Shown here: one piece after another, positions 54,882 to 64,000 of the stretch | Layout of the letters: every line of letters begins with the position of its first letter | Numbering within the stretch: position 1 is the first letter of the stretch | Assembly: GCA_051294375.1 (NCBI GenBank) | Contig: JBJCIZ010000239.1 | Span: 2,002,581 to 2,066,580 of the forward strand | From: Paraspadella gotoi | Lineage: Eukaryota; Animalia; Chaetognatha | Direction of reading: 5' to 3' | DNA: 64,000 nucleotides | Position numbers and translations under genes: made by a program | The notes under the pieces: model-generated | Told to the model about the DNA's origin: nothing | Databases searched by the model: none | What the model saw: only the letters and a program-made list of their open reading frames with translations

Positions 54882-54929
54882 ACGGACATGTGTTTCGGCT
54901 TCACATTTCGAGCCTTCCATACAAGCGTG
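54882..54929 (-). ncRNA. Hammerhead ribozyme motif, noisy inverted copy
   Basis: Reverse strand reads acacg-CTTGTATGGA-aggct-cgaaatgtga-agcc-GAAA-cacatGTC-cgta: the same motif with indels, stem II ggct/agcc. Confidence 0.6.
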
Positions 54930-56350
54930 TGCCATAAGGACAAATTTTGTGGAAAGAGAGGGTGTGAGAGAAAGAGAGAGACGAGAGAGAGAGAGAGGAG
55001 ATAGATGTGTATAGTTCCAAACGACAGTGGTGGAGACACGATAGTGGTCCAGATGAGAAACAGGCTGAAGTTGAGGTACAGATTGAGTGAAGTTGGTGAA
55101 AAGAAATGAAATTTGTTAGAGGAGAGAGAGAGAGAGAGAGAGAGAAGAGTAGGGACACATGGGGATAAATAAATAAGTATTAAAGATACATTTTGTATAT
55201 GCTACAACAACAGCCTAAAAAGGTCAGCTTCTGTCCGCTAGTTTCTGCTAGGAAATTCGGCAGGCACAGGCCATACTGTTTCAGGGAATCAGACGTCTCG
55301 TTGCTGTGCCCATGACCCCAAACTGGTTCTCAAGAGTATTAGAGAGCAATTTAATCAAAGCCCTCGAGCGCCTCTTTTGAACCGTGATGGAGGACGATCA
55401 CATCTCCCTCCAAAGTTATGAAATCGCTTATCAAAAGCGTGTGAAGCCCCCTCCACCACCCCACACAATATTCCCTGCTCCACTCAAGAGACAGGCGGAG
55501 GACGCCTTAGCGCGGCAATGGCAAACGATGGCCGTCTCAGCTCAATGAACATCTCAGTCCTGCTCATCTGGCGACTTGGGCGCTTGCGCTCCAAAACGGA
55601 CCGGCTTCAGGAGAGGGACGAGAGTCACCACTCCTGTCACTAAAGCGGCAAGAACGGACCAACGCTTGCCCGCCTGCTAGCAGGCGAAGATGAGGGCAAG
55701 CCAGCAGCACAAACAGCCAAGGACATAAGAGAGTGGCTCCTGGGAATCATTTTCCGTCAGGTTCGATACCTCAGTGCAAGACATTCCGTGGTTCAACCAC
55801 ACTCATCCTCTCAGCCTTGACGCGCTCATGACCTTGGCACAATCGTCTCTGTCCTTCTTTGCAATAAACAAGGGGGGCCAGCTCATTTTGTGAGCTCTTT
55901 CTCTTTCCTCCTTATATTTCACTTTCCTATCCCCTACACTATCAACTATCCTTTTCACATTTCAATTTCATAATTCATGTTTACTATCCTTGTCAGCTAA
56001 CTATTTAAATTAGATATTGTTAAACTCTACTGAACATTTAGTTTTTCAAAATTTTTACTTTTGTTGTACATTACAAAGTATGCTTTAATACTTATTTTAT
56101 TTTATCCCTGGTTGTCCCCTCTCTCTCTCTCTCCTCTCTCTCTCTCGTCTAACAAAGTTTCATTCTTTTCACACAACTCACTGCAATCTGTCGCTCACTT
56201 CACGCTGTTAGTCATCTGACCACTATTTCTGTCTCAACCACTTTGGTTGTGAAAACCTTTACCTCTATTCTTCTCTATCTCTCTGTCGCTCCTCTTTCTC
56301 TCTCTCTCAACACCCCTTCTTTTCCAAATAGGGATTGTCCTTAATGGCAA

Positions 56351-56393
56351 ACGCTGATGAGCGCTGCGAAAATGTGGAGCGAAACATGTCCGT
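56351..56393 (+). ncRNA. Minimal type I hammerhead ribozyme motif
   Basis: acg-CTGATGA-gcgct..agc-GAAA-CATG-TC-cgt: conserved core, stem I acg/cgt, stem II gct/agc, and palindromic CATG in place of helix III, as in Penelope hammerheads. Confidence 0.78.
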
Positions 56394-56585
56394 ATTCTCT
56401 CAATTAAATTCGTTGTACCTACAATTTAAAAACTTTGTGTTTTCTCTAAATCCTAATAACGAAACGAAACGGCGGGTTTCAATCATTCAATTCTTAAAAG
56501 AAAAAAAAAAAGGAAAGAAGGGGGGACTCTCCGGGAAAAGAGAGCCCGAAACCCCAACCACCTCCACGACTGCCCAGACCACAGC

Positions 56586-56782
56586 CTGATAAATACGGCG
56601 GCATCCCGCATCCGTCCCCGCTGGTGTTGTGTTCGCTAACGATCAGACGAGACGCCGCGGTTACCGACGCGACGCCCTGTCGAGTTTGACGCAATGGGAA
56701 GGGCGTGGCCGTTGCGACTTGCAGCGCCCGTCCGACGGCGGGCGAAATTCCGAGATGGCGTAGAAGTAGAGGATTGAGGACC
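56586..56782 (-). CDS. LAMC1: Laminin gamma exon 5 (end of LN, first LE; frameshifted)
   Basis: VL.[21 protein letters not shown].HCV.....RL...EHNTSGD.C across frames. Donor position is approximate. Confidence 0.8.
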
Positions 56783-57161
56783 CTGATTTGAGTTTTTTTT
56801 TTTTTTTGGTAGGGGAGCAAATATCAAACTGGTATAATACGTATTAATGGCTTATTTTTAAAAATATATTAAACCGCACGTGAGTGTAAACGTTTTAATC
56901 AACCACTTATACAATAAGAGAGACACAAGGGCCATTTTAATCCGATGTTTAACGCGAAACAAATCAAAAAACTTAAGACTTAACCATTCATCAGATTAAC
57001 AATCATAAACATTTAAAAATAAAGACCCCAAAAAAAACAAAGAAACATATAATAATAAACTACAAAAAAAAAAAACACAACGAAAATAAAAACAATAGTA
57101 AGAACGAACCAAACAAGAAACACGGACGGAAACACAAGATTCTATTCTGACCGACCGACAC

Positions 57162-57311
57162 CTTCCGGATCCCCAACACTTCGTGCAAACCGAAAGTGTT
57201 GGAGTTCGATTGAGCGGAGACGCGATCCGGGTCGCGGTACGAAGTCTGTTTAGAGTTCGGGCGAATGTTGGAAGTCAGTTCGCTGGGGGAAGGGGCGTCC
57301 CCCGAGGGTGA
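57162..57311 (-). CDS. LAMC1: Laminin gamma exon 4 (LN domain; frameshifted)
   Basis: TLGGRP...DFQHSPEL.DFVTATRI...LNR.NTFG..EV.GDP across frames. Confidence 0.78.
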
Positions 57312-58069
57312 CTGAGATCGGAGCGGTCGGAGGGAATTTAGGAGTGGCGAGAGGGAAAGAGTGTGGGAGAGAGAGAGAGGGGGGAAAAGGGGGTTGTGAA
57401 TTGTGAAAATTTGTGAAATTGTGAAAAGTTTTTAAAAAAAGCTTTTATTTTGATTTTGATTTATTTGTTATAATATTTTTGTGTTAAAGAGTTTAAATGT
57501 AATGGATTATTTATCGATGTTTTTGGATGGGACGATTGATTGTAGAAAAGAAAATTAAAACAAGAAGGAGACGAAAAGTTAGTAAAGTAAATACAAAATG
57601 AACACATTTGTTTATACATTTATACATTTAACACTCATTTTTATTTTATTCGTTCATTTGTTAATGTTATTCATTCATTGACCTCTATGTCTCACGGCCT
57701 CTTCTCTTCCTCTTTTTCTTTCTCTCTCTCTCTCTCTCTATCTCCTATCCTCTCTTCTCTCTCTTTTTCTCTCTCTTTTTTCCTTTCGTTTCTCTCTCTC
57801 TCTCTCCTCCGTCTGCTCTCCTCTCTCGTCATCTCTCTCTCCAATCACCTCTCTCTCTCTCTCTTCTCTCTGTGTGCTCTGCAGATCCCTTAATAAGGTT
57901 CATTTTTACAACTCTCTCTCTCTCTCTCTTCTTCTCGTCTTTTTCTTCTCTCATCTCGTCTCTCTCTATTCTATGCTCTCTCGAACGGTCCTTAATTAGG
58001 TTACGTCGTTTTATACACTCTCTCTCTGACTCTCCCTCTCTCTCTTCTCTCTCTCTCATTCTCTCTCTC

Positions 58070-58105
<36 letters not shown>

Positions 58106-58154
58106 TCCTCGTCTCTCCCTCTCCTCCCTCTGCCTCTCCCCTCAAAACATCCAC

Positions 58155-58500
58155 CTGAACGGCGATATTCGCCCCGGTCAGCGGCGAGGATGTCGGAACA
58201 TCGTTCGTAACACAAAGCCTTTCTTCACGTCGGGTCCGGAACGAAATGTTAGTCATCATGCGTCGTAACGGACACCTGGGCTACTCGTCTCGCACACCCG
58301 AGTAAAATTGGTAACGGCTCCCACGTACAAGTTCGCACTCTTTTTATATACAAGATTCCGGAACGGACGTGTGGGAACCGAAGACTGAAGCGTAGGTTAT
58401 ATCGAATGCTTTGCGAAGGATTGAAGCGTGAGATTGCAGAGTACGGATGCTGCACGTTCTGCAACATCGTTTCCGAATTGCCACAGGTCTCGTTGGAGTG
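58155..58500 (-). CDS. LAMC1: Laminin gamma exon 3 (LN domain; frameshifted)
   Basis: Across frames: ET(W)WQSETMLQNVQHPYS.NLTL.LRKAFDITY...PES..YK...YQFYSG...LC....SDISPLTGANIAF, the gamma1/netrin LN signature. Confidence 0.85.
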
Positions 58501-59152
58501 CTGGCGTTTATTTTGTTGTTTGCGGTGTGTGAGTGGGAGGGGGAGGAAAAGAGGGGGGTGAAAGTTGTGATTAGTTTTTGGGGTTAGAATGGGGGAGGGC
58601 AGAGAAAAAGGATAAATGTGAACTTGGGGATAATGTTTCATAGGTCTTATGACCGCTGAAATGACAATATTTGATGCTTTCTTATTTGTACAGGTCAGGC
58701 TCTCACGCCTATCTGTATCTCTAATTGGTTTGTTTTTAATCGTAGACTGGGTATTTTACAGCTCAACCACTGCCGAATATTTTATTGATAGATGGGTTAA
58801 AAAATTTAAAAAAAAAAACAAAGAAAAAAAACAAACAACAAAACAACCATGAGATTAGAAATAAGACACAAAATTTCAAACAATCCAAAAACCCCCCCAA
58901 AAAAAATTGTAACTTTATATTTCTACCTGTTTTTGCTAATTTTTTATTGACAAAACAATGAAAATTTAAAAGAGTTGTAATAATAACATTATCAGAATAT
59001 TGAATAAAAAAAAATTGTGTACTTTCGACAATTTAAAAATAGCTTCTCTGCCTTCCGAATCTTTTAAGCAGACACTTTTAAGTAATTTCTTTGCAGAAAG
59101 CATCTTCGATTTTTCAAAACCGTAACCTCCTCGTGCACTCGCCCTACTAAAC

Positions 59153-59348
59153 CTTCGCTGGAAACAGTCCGTCAAGAACTTCGCCGGGTGCGCCCTCTTC
59201 GCGTCCCGCGAATCGCAAACGTCGCACTCTTTCCTCGCGCCAGTTGACGCCCGTTTGACGGCAGAATTCGATCGGTGGAGATCCGGCAGTGTTGTCCGCG
59301 ATTGCACCTCCGCGTTGAAGGCCGCGTTGACGAAGGAAAGGGATGCAT
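59153..59348 (-). CDS. LAMC1: Laminin gamma exon 2 (LN domain; frameshifted)
   Basis: Across frames: RCIP.FVNAAFNAEV.ADNT.GSPPIEFCRQTGV.GARKECDVCDSRDAKRAHPAKFLTD, matching the gamma-chain LN start; ag/gt boundaries. Confidence 0.88.
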
Positions 59349-59417
59349 CTGTTCCGGGGGTTGGCGCGGGTGGATGAAGAGCAAGACGTTTTTCAATTAA
59401 AGCTTTAATTAAACTTT

Positions 59418-59566
59418 AATATTAATAAAGTATATTAAGTAATATTGAGGAATATTAAGTTTCATATTGAAGTTTAATACTAAATATAAAATTTTCAATA
59501 TTAAGTTTCATTATTAAAGTTTCAATATTAAGTTTCAATATAAAGTTTCAATAATTAAATTTTCAA
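59418..59566. repeat. ~13-bp (AATATTAAGTTTC)n degenerate tandem array
   Basis: Direct reading. Confidence 0.75.
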
Positions 59567-60356
59567 GCTGTAATGTCCGGTTTCCTGTGATCGACAGAAT
59601 TTTTAGGACTGCTACTCAATCACACGCCGCAATGGCTAAGAAGCAATTGTTTCTTTCCTTCGCCTCAGCGATTTAAAAAAACATAGAAAATAGGAGTGAA
59701 ATAAATCACTGTTTATTATATTTATTGTTTAAATTGTATTACATTCTATCACTGCTTATCATAACTAGTGATGCAATATCACTCTGGGAGTTTATTGAAC
59801 TAAACTTCAACCCCCATCATAGCCCTGTCCAAAGTCAGGAGGCAAAAGGCTTGTGGAGGGACGAAGATACACACGAGTTGTGGTCATAATTTTAGAACCT
59901 GGCGCCATGCAATTTTTTGGGCAATAGAATTGGTCGAAATCTCTATTTCCACCCGATACAAACACTTTTCAGGCCAGACGCAATATTCCGACAGTAGATT
60001 TTTTCCCCTGGTAAAGAATTCCTTAAAATGATCACAACGTCAACGTCACCGTTTCAAAAATATTTTATTGTTCGTTCCCGACCTTTGAAAAAAAAGTTGA
60101 AATTCTCTTCTCGCAAATCTCTAATGGCTAATAAATAACGAAAATATTAATGACTGGAGAAAAGTTCCAATTTTGAGAGGCAAAGGTGAAATAAATCGTT
60201 TTTTTTTTAAGCAAAAAAAAAAAAAAAAAAACCTGAGATTTTTATTTCAAATTTTTTCGACCCAAAATGTTAATTCGTTTGATTTGAATTATTAATAATA
60301 CCGTTAGGTGATTGGTTTATAGGAGCATAAAATAAAAAGAGTCGAAAAGATATGGC

Positions 60357-60428
60357 TCCATGTGGTCTAGTGGGTTAGGATTCGGCGACTCTCACCGCCG
60401 GGCCGGGGTTCGATTCCCCGCAATGGGA
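60357..60428 (+). tRNA. tRNA-Glu (anticodon CTC), in laminin intron 1, antisense
   Basis: TCCATGTGGTCTAGTGGGTTAGGATTCGGCGACTCTCACCGCCGGGCCGGGGTTCGATTCCCCGCAATGGGA closely follows metazoan tRNA-Glu-CTC, with A box, B box GGTTCGATTCC and a TTTT terminator just after. A few 1-nt indels suggest read noise or a pseudogene. Confidence 0.8.
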
Positions 60429-60838
60429 AATTTTCAAAAAATTTTTGAAACGTTATAGTTCTTTTAAAATGTAAGTTATCGCTGCCCCTAAATTGGAACA
60501 AGCTGTGGTGGTTTAAACCAAATGAAAGGTATACATGAATGATTTTTAAAAAAGAATGTTTCAATTGTATACTAAAAGGACCATTCCTTATGTACAGGAA
60601 TCATTCATTTAAAAATCAATTTGGACTTTTTTAAAAAGCTGTGCATTGTATTTTATTGTTTAAAAACGGATTCTCAATTCCCTTCCTGGTCCCTCTGAGC
60701 CAATTTTTTTCTGGTTTCTATACAGATCCGCGACGTTTCTTAAAAAACAAAAAAAACACTAAACAACAAAAAAAATAAACAGAATTCTCTTTTTTTAACT
60801 TTTTAGGTCTAAAAGTCATTTGGCTCTGGGAAAAAGGA

Positions 60839-61272
60839 CGGTGTTATTTCCGCAGAACGCCCAATTTTAACTTATAATTCGGAATTAGGTTTCATTTTTT
60901 TTAGTTAAAGACGTAAAATTAAAGTTAGGGGTTAAGAATTAGGTTGAGGATTAGGATCAGGATATAGGTTAATGAATTAGATAAGGATAGGTTAAGGATT
61001 TAGATTAAAGGATTGATTAAGGATTAAGATTAAGGAGAGGGTTAAGGATTAGGTTGTGATTGAGGTTAATGACATTTAAGTTAAAGACTATGTATTTGAA
61101 ATTAAGGATAAGAAGTTTAGGATTAGGTTAGGGTTATCCCATTAAGGTTAGGGGATTTAGGGTTAGATATTGATTATAAGTTTAAAAATATATTTTTAAA
61201 AGTTTTTTAAGGTTAAAAATTAAGTTCTGGGAAAAACTAGCAAAAAGTGGGAAGCTCTCGAAAAGAGAGCCG
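60839..61272 (-). mobile_element. MITE-like element, same family, reversed
   Basis: CGGTGTTATTTCCGCAGAACGCCC ... (TTAGGG/TTAAGG)n ... GCTCTCGAAAAGAGAGCCG. Confidence 0.55.
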
Positions 61273-61829
61273 ACATTTAAGTCGCTTCGGTTCCGCAATC
61301 GACAGGAAATAAGAACTTGGGAAGTCCTTGTTTCTTTTATGTTTTTTTTTTAGTTTGTTTTCTTTTGAGAGGGTCGGTAAAAGGGGGGCGGAGGAGGTGG
61401 AGAGATAGAGTTGCTGTGGGGAAGAGAGAGAGATTTCTGATTTTTAGGTGAAATGTGTAATGAGAATTTGAGGAGAAATGAAAAAAAGGGAGAGGACGGA
61501 AAGAGAAACAGGGTGGCTTTTGAATGGAAGGAAATAAGGGAAAGAAGAAAGAAGAAGGAAAGAAAGAGAGACGAATGTTAAAATAAAGAGAGAGAAGAAA
61601 GAAAGAAAAAATAAGTATTATTAATAACGAAAAAAGAAAAGAGATGAAAGAAAGTAGGAAAGAAGGATAAGAAAGAAGACTGTAAATCTGGTTTCTCATC
61701 GAGAATTTTTTACTTCTTCAATCTCTCTCACAAAGAGGGTGGTGCGAAATTCTAACCCTAAAATGCACTTTGTTCCGCGGCGTCGATAAGACTCTCTCTC
61801 TCTCTCATCTTCTCTCTCTTCTCTCTCGT

Positions 61830-61863
<34 letters not shown>

Positions 61864-62645
61864 CGTGGGCACCGCAGGTTAAATTGGGTCCAAATCGAGT
61901 CGTAAATTGAGTCCAAGAGCCAAAACTTATCCGAGAAATCGAGTAGGCAAAAGAGATAAACAAACAATTACGATCCGCAGATAAAATACTTTTAATATAT
62001 TTGGAGAAAAACCAAGACGGATCTAGTTTTGAAGCTAACAGAGGAAAAATATTAGTATAAATTAGAAATAAAATCGCGTAGTGCATTTGGCGAGAAAAAT
62101 ATTTGTTTGTTTAGAGAATAAAAGAATCAATTTGAGAAACTGTAGAATTTTAATTGTACGCTACTTTTGCGTAGATTTCTTCGTGCCAGTTAATAAAGTT
62201 TTCAACTCTTTTTCTTTTCTTTTTTTAAAAGAATACAAATGAAAATGGGTAAAAATAAATATAAAATAAATAAGGCTAGTATCTTGCCATGACTTTGGAA
62301 CAGGCCTATGGCGGTTTTAAGAGCGAAGTAAAACCAATAAGACCCAATAAGACGAATAGACCTAATAAGAACGCAAATAAGACCAAATAGAGACCAATAA
62401 GACCAAATAAGACCAATAAGACCAATAAGACTGCCATCAATATTACGATAACATGAGCAGGAACTCCCTGCAAAGCTTTTAATCAGACTCGCCAAAGAGT
62501 CAAGAGTGGTCCAGTCCAAACCACCCAGCTAGACCTTCCATAGCTGACTGTCCCTCGACCCCTCCGGGGGGTAGGCCTTTCCCCCACGTGTACCCCCCAA
62601 ACCCCCCCACCCTTTTCTTCCAAAAACCCCGGGGCCAAACTAAAC

Positions 62646-62914
62646 CTTTTTTGGTTTGGGTTCGCCGCCACGATCGATCGTAAGCAACTGCTGGACCCGA
62701 AACTCCTCCGTCCTCTCAGATGTCGTTGTTTTCGTTGTTGTCGTTGTTTGTGTTGTTTTTCGACGAAGAGAAGGTGCGTTCGGAGAGGAGGGGATTGCGA
62801 CCGCCGCCGGCGCCCGCAGACGCCGCCAAACAACAGACACGACAGCGCCGCTGAGAAAGCGGCGCGTCTTGGAGAGGAATCTATGAGGTGTAAGGGTCGC
62901 AAAGTCCGTTGCAT
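62646..62914 (-). CDS. LAMC1: Laminin gamma chain, exon 1 (signal peptide, start of LN; noisy)
   Basis: accATG context, hydrophobic AAFSAALSCLLFGGVC, then SSSC(Y)DR..GGEPKPK joining exon 2 as R-C-I-P (cf. gamma1 C...GRPQRCMPEF). At least one frameshift; AG|gtttag donor. Confidence 0.6.
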
Positions 62915-64000
62915 GGTGATGAAAGGAGTGGCGGGAGGGGAGAAAAGAGAGAGAGAGAGGAGGAGAGAGAGAGAGAGAGAGAGAGGAGACTCGACCGAAC
63001 GGAGCGGGGTCTTCTTCGCTAACATAAGGTGTCGCCTTCTCCTGCGTAGAATTAGAAGCCGTCGTTTTAAAAAAAAAAGAAAATTAAATGCATATATATC
63101 TTCCTTCTTTCAAATTAGTTAATTTGGTCGTCGTTATCGTCCAGATTATCGTCGTCACCGTCGTCATCTTATGCTTTTTTTAAATGTTTTTTAAAAATTG
63201 TTTCTCCTAAGAAACTTTGTGCATGAGTTGTTTGTATCACTCCCCGTCCCGCACGGATACCGCGAAACCCCCTCTGACGGGGAAAAAAATGGTTTTTTTC
63301 TTTTATTTTTTCGATTTTAAATTTTTTTCGTCAATAACATTTTGTTTGGTTTTTTTTGTAGTTTTTTTTTCATTTTTTTTGAGACGCCGCCGGCGCGAAA
63401 GGAAAACCGTGACCCTCCTGAAAAACGAATATTTCGGAAAAATTAATTAAAAATATAAATGAAAGTTGGTTTTAAAAAATTCAGTTAAAAAAAAAAAAAA
63501 CAACAGAAAAAAAAGTTTAAAGTTCTTCCCAACATAAAATAAAATGGTTTCGATCAGATTTTGTGAACTGAAAAAAGAAGTAATGACGAAGGAAAAATCG
63601 ATAAGAATTGAAAGAAAAAGACGACTATGACGACGACGCTTTTGAAGACGACAACAAAACGACACCGAAGGACGATACGACACGAGAGCGGGGACACTGA
63701 GAGACGATAAACACGGACAGCGAACGACGTACAACCAAAACAAGCAACAATTTCCTTCCGTGAAGAAAAAAGTCATCAGTGAAAAAAAAGAGTTTTTTAA
63801 TACAACTTTTTTTCCCAAGTGAAAGAAAAAAAAAAATTAATGGAAATGAAGAAAGAGAGTGTGTAGATAAGAAAGCAGAAACAGAAAAAGAGAGAAAAGG
63901 GAGAGAGAGAAGAGAGAGGGAGGAGAGACAGAGAGAGAGAGATTGAGAGAAAAAGAAAAAAATAATTTATTTTTCTCTCTGCGTTGTATCCTTCCGTTTA

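Larger units (their letters stand above)
54830..56450 (+). mobile_element. Penelope-like retroelement fragment (GIY-YIG endonuclease 3' end) bracketed by ~380-bp inverted pLTR-like repeats, in laminin intron 5
   Basis: 55215-55435 reads across frameshifts ...GHTVS...HDPNWFSR.IREAI.IKALE.SLNRDGGR.HLP..YESLI, resembling the PLE endonuclease C-terminus (W..R..KEAI.I....PSLNRD.G). 54830-55210 is the reverse complement of 56060-56450. Confidence 0.78.

Noticed and set aside
56586-62914. Separate netrin gene or frameshifted pseudogene
   Set aside because: The LN exons continue colinearly into gamma-type LE, L4 and coiled-coil exons, and the frameshifts coincide with noisy sequence that also affects the tRNA and repeats.

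Overview
Animal (invertebrate-like) genomic scaffold with GC/CpG-rich exons in AT-rich, microsatellite-laden introns. It has many N gaps and long stretches of indel-ridden, long-read-like sequence. Two multi-exon genes lie head-to-tail on the minus strand. (1) A nearly complete laminin gamma chain gene (~62914 to 35513, at least 17 coding exons: LN, LE, L4, LE, coiled coil). (2) About 17 kb downstream, the 5' part of a PS1/alpha3-6-7-class (laminin-binding) integrin alpha gene (18647 to <4118, five exons seen). The apparent second laminin copy (41577-50450) and two smaller duplications abut exact 25-N gaps and are most likely gap-filling artefacts or allelic reads. Laminin introns hold a tRNA-Glu(CTC) and a Penelope-like retroelement fragment flanked by inverted repeats that each carry a hammerhead ribozyme motif. 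Several small repeat families are dispersed through the window. The most unusual signals are: complementary G/U-rich 5' and C/A-rich 3' intron ends that could pair splice sites by RNA structure, a polybasic C-terminal extension beyond the laminin's integrin-binding Glu, and the ligand-receptor gene adjacency. All homology calls are from recalled family motifs; no searches were run.
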